Of a DNA stretch of 64,000 bases, positions 54,001 to 58,293 are shown one piece after another; positions within the stretch are counted from its first letter, which is position 1, and each line of letters opens with the position of its first letter. Origin of the DNA: Lingula anatina (taxonomy: Eukaryota > Animalia > Brachiopoda). Below the pieces are notes generated by a model. The model searched no databases, was not told the origin of the DNA, and worked only from the letters and a program-made list of their open reading frames with translations. Where the stretch lies: NCBI GenBank assembly GCA_051362555.1, contig CM120641.1, forward strand, positions 11,160,001 through 11,224,000, read 5' to 3'. A program made the position numbers and the translations under genes.

Positions 54001-57000
54001 CCAGAGGCTTGTGTTGTAACATCTGCAGCTGCTGTGATGCTTGCATCAGTAACAGCAGCTGTCTGTGCCTGTGTGGTTATATCAGCAGCAGCAGTAGTCT
54101 GTGCTTGAGTTGTTGCTGCCTGTGAAGTTATATCACCTGCGACAGTTGTAGTCTCTTGTGCAGTCACACCAGAGGCTTGTGTTGTAACATCTGCAGCTGC
54201 TGTGGTGCTTGCTTCAGTAACAGCAGCTGTCTGTGCCTGTGTGGTTACATCAGCAGCAGCAGTAGTCACACCAGAGGCTTGTGTTATAACATCTGCAGCT
54301 GCTGTGGTGCTTGCATCAGTAACAGCAGCTGTCTGTGCCTGTGTGGTTACATCGGCAGCAGCAGTAGTCTGGGCTTGAATTGTTGTTGCCTGTGAAGTTA
54401 CATCACCTGCGACAGTTGTAGTCTCTTGTGCAGTCACACCAGAGGCTTGTGTTGTAACATCTGCAGCTGCTGTGGTGCTTGCTTCAGTAACAGCAGCTGT
54501 CTGTGCCTGTGTGGTTACATCAGCAGCAGCAGTAGTCAGGGCTTGAGTTGTTGCTGCCTGTGAAGTTGCATCACCTGCGACAGTTGTAGTCTCTTGTGCA
54601 GTCACACCAGAGGCTTGTGTTGTAACATCTGCAGCTGCTGTGGTGCTTGCTTCAGTAACAGCAGCTGTCTGTGCCTTAGTCGTAACATCGGTAGCAGCAG
54701 TAGTCAGGGCTTGATTTGTTGCTGCCTGTGAAGTTGCATCACCTGCGACAGTTGTAGTCTCATGTGCAGTTACACCAGAGGCTTGTGTTGTAACATCTGC
54801 AGCTGCTGTGGTGCTTGCATCAGTAACAGCAGCTGTCTGTGCCTGTGTGGTTACATCGGCAGCAGCAGTAGTCTGGGCTTGAGTTGTTCCTGCCTGTGAA
54901 GTTACATCACCTGGGACAGTTGTAGTCTCTTGTGCAGTCACACCAGAGGCTTGTGTTGTAACATCTGCAGCTGCTGTGGTGCTTGCATCAGTAACAGCAG
55001 CTGTCTGTGCCTGTGTGGTAACAATAGAAGCAGCAGTAGTCTGGGCTTGAGTTGTTGCTGCCTGTGAAGTTACATCACCTGCGACAGTTGTAGTCTCTTG
55101 TGCAGTCACACCAGAGGCTTGTGTTGTAACATCTGCAGCTGCTGTGGTGCTTGCATCAGTAACAGCAGCTGTCTGTGCCTGTGTGGTTATATCAGCAGCA
55201 GCAGTAGTCTGTGCTTGAGTTGTTGCTGCCTGTGAAGTTATATCACCTGCGACAGTTGTAGTCTCTTGTGCAGTCACACCAGAGGCTTGTGTTGTAACAT
55301 CTGCAGCTGCTGTGGTGCTTGCTTCAGTAACAGCAGCTGTCTGTGCCTGTGTGGTTACATCGGCAGCAGCAGTAGTCAGGGCTCTAGTTGTTGCTGCCTG
55401 TGAAGTTGCATCACCTGCGACAGTTGTAGTCTCTTGTGCAGTCACACCAGAGGCTTGTGTTGTAACATCTGCAGCTGCTGTGGTGCTTGCATCAGTAACA
55501 GCAGCTGTCTGTGCCTTAGTCGTTACATCGGCAGCAGCAGTAGTCTGGGCTTGAGTTGTTGCTGCCTGTGAAGTTGCATCACCTGCGACAGTTGTAGTCT
55601 CATGTGCAGTCACACCAGAGGCTTGTGTTGTAACATCTGCAGCTGCTGTGGTGCTCCCATCAGTAACAGCAGCTGTCTGTGCCTGTGTGGTTACATCGGC
55701 AGCAGCAGTAGTCTGTGCTTGAGTTGTTGCTGCCTGTGAAGTTATATCACCTGCGACAGTTGTAGTCTCTTGTGCAGTCACACCAGAGGCTTGTGTTGTA
55801 ACATCTGCAGCTGCTGTGGTGCTTGCATCAGTAACAGCAGCTGTCTGTGCCTGTGTGGTTACATCGGCAGCAGCAGTAGTCTGGGCTTGAGTTGTTCCTG
55901 CCTGTGAAGTTACATCACCTGGGACAGTTGTAGTCTCTTGTGCAGTCACACCAGAGGCTTGTGTTGTAACATCTGCAGCTGCTGTGGTGCTTGCATCAGT
56001 AACAGCAGCTGTCTGTGCCTGTGTGGTAACAATAGAAGCAGCAGTAGTCTGGGCTTGAGTTGTTGCTGCCTGTGAAGTTACATCACCTGCGACAGTTGTA
56101 GTCTCTTGTGCAGTCACACCAGAGGCTTGTGTTGTAACATCTGCAGCTGCTGTGATGCTTGCATCAGTAACAGCAGCTGTCTGTGCCTGTGTGGTTATAT
56201 CAGCAGCAGCAGTAGTCTGTGCTTGAGTTGTTGCTGCCTGTGAAGTTATATCACCTGCGACAGTTGTAGTCTCTTGTGCAGTCACACCAGAGGCTTGTGT
56301 TGTAACATCTGCAGCTGCTGTGGTGCTTGCTTCAGTAACAGCAGCTGTCTGTGCCTGTGTGGTTACATCAGCAGCAGCAGTAGTCACACCAGAGGCTTGT
56401 GTTGTAACATCTGCAGCTGCTGTGGTGCTTGCATCAGTAACAGCAGCTGTCTGTGCCTGTGTGGTTACATCGGCAGCAGCAGTAGTCTGGGCTTGAATTG
56501 TTGTTGCCTGTGAAGTTACATCACCTGCGACAGTTGTAGTCTCTTGTGCAGTCACACCAGAGGCTTGTGTTGTAACATCTGCAGCTGCTGTGGTGCTTGC
56601 TTCAGTAACAGCAGCTGTCTGTGCCTGTGTGGTTACATCAGCAGCAGCAGTAGTCAGGGCTTGAGTTGTTGCTGCCTGTGAAGTTGCATCACCTGCAACA
56701 GTTGTAGTCTCTTGTGCAGTCACACCAGAGGCTTGTGTTGTAACATCTGCAGCTGCTGTGGTGCTTGCTTCAGTAACAGCAGCTGTCTGTGCCTTAGTCG
56801 TAACATCGGTAGCAGCAGTAGTCAGGGCTTGATTTGTTGCTGCCTGTGAAGTTGCATCACCTGCGACAGTTGTAGTCTCATGTGCAGTTACACCAGAGGC
56901 TTGTGTTGTAACATCTGCAGCTGCTGTGGTGCTTGCATCAGTAACAGCAGCTGTCTGTGCCTGTGTGGTTACATCGGCAGCAGCAGTAGTCTGGGCTTGA

Positions 57001-58293
57001 GTTGTTCCTGCCTGTGAAGTTACATCACCTGGGACAGTTGTAGTCTCTTGTGCAGTCACACCAGAGGCTTGTGTTGTAACATCTGCAGCTGCTGTGGTGC
57101 TTGCATCAGTAACAGCAGCTGTCTGTGCCTGTGTGGTAACAATAGAAGCAGCAGTAGTCTGGGCTTGAGTTGTTGCTGCCTGTGAAGTTACATCACCTGC
57201 GACAGTTGTAGTCTCTTGTGCAGTCACACCAGAGGCTTGTGTTGTAACATCTGCAGCTGCTGTGGTGCTTGCATCAGTAACAGCAGCTGTCTGTGCCTGT
57301 GTGGTTATATCAGCAGCAGCAGTAGTCTGTGCTTGAGTTGTTGCTGCCTGTGAAGTTATATCACCTGCGACAGTTGTAGTCTCTTGTGCAGTCACACCAG
57401 AGGCTTGTGTTGTAACATCTGCAGCTGCTGTGGTGCTTGCTTCAGTAACAGCAGCTGTCTGTGCCTGTGTGGTTACATCGGCAGCAGCAGTAGTCAGGGC
57501 TCTAGTTGTTGCTGCCTGTGAAGTTGCATCACCTGCGACAGTTGTAGTCTCTTGTGCAGTCACACCAGAGGCTTGTGTTGTAACATCTGCAGCTGCTGTG
57601 GTGCTTGCATCAGTAACAGCAGCTGTCTGTGCCTTAGTCGTTACATCGGCAGCAGCAGTAGTCTGGGCTTGAGTTGTTGCTGCCTGTGAAGTTGCATCAC
57701 CTGCGACAGTTGTAGTCTCATGTGCAGTCACACCAGAGGCTTGTGTTGTAACATCTGCAGCTGCTGTGGTGCTTGCATCAGTAACAGCAGCTGTTTGTGC
57801 CTGTGTGGTTACATCGACAGCAGCAGTAGTCTGGGCTTGAGTTATTCCTGCCTGTGAAGTTACATCACCTGCCACAGTTGTAGTCTCTTGTTCAGTCACA
57901 CCAGAGGCTTGTGTTGTAACATCTGCAGCTGCTGTGGTGCTTGCATCAGTAACAGCAGCTGTCTGTGCCTGTGTGGTAACAATGGAAGCAGCAGTAGTCT
58001 GGGCTTGAGTTGTTGCTGCCTGTGAAGTTACATCACCTGGGACAGTTGTAGTCTCTTGTGCAGTCACACCAGAGGCTTGTGTTGTAACATCTGCAGCTGC
58101 TGTGGTGCTTACATCAGTAACAGCAGCTGTTTGTGCCTGTGTGGTTACATCGGCAGCAGCAGTAGTCTGGGCTTGAATTGTTGTTGCCTGTGAAGTTACA
58201 TCACCTGCGACAGTTGTAGTCTCTTGTGCAGTCACACCAGAGGCTTGTGTTGTAACATCTGCAGCTGCTGTGGTGCTTGCATCAGTAACAGCA
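1..58293. repeat. Coding tandem repeat (VNTR), 168-bp unit, about 349 copies in the window
   Basis: The unit tgtgaagttacatcacc...gagttgttgctgcc recurs every 168 bp. Phase checked at 1, 1621, 2401, 21721, 22891, 52291, 53281, 54391, 57181 and 58021. The only phase shifts are deletions of 60, 60, 6, 18, 66 and 66 bp. Most copies differ from consensus by only a few substitutions. Confidence 0.99.

Noticed and set aside
25446-56513. Cys-rich ORFs MCSHTRGLCCNICSCC... resembling metallothionein or keratin-associated proteins
   Set aside because: tgt/tgc are the reverse complements of Thr ACA and Ala GCA codons. The ORFs arise where a synonymous Ser change or a deletion removes the TGA, and they start at TTG.
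418-57672. Many 78-80 aa plus-strand ORFs MVLASVTAAVCACVV...
   Set aside because: Antisense shadows of the Thr/Ala repeat. They appear only where a variant removes the single per-unit TGA, and they start at GTG.
1-58293. Selenocysteine or TGA readthrough making the plus-strand frames giant ORFs
   Set aside because: One TGA per unit is explained by antisense Ser TCA and Thr-Gln codons. Only the minus frame is fully open and joined to a plausible N-terminus.
1-58293. Non-coding centromeric satellite (168 bp is close to alpha-satellite or nucleosome length)
   Set aside because: Codon periodicity, in-frame-only indels, absence of stops and in-frame continuation into unique coding sequence all indicate a coding VNTR.
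1-58293. Antifreeze glycoprotein (Thr-Ala-Ala)n
   Set aside because: TAA/AAT tripeptides occur only in isolation, with no continuous tripeptide periodicity.
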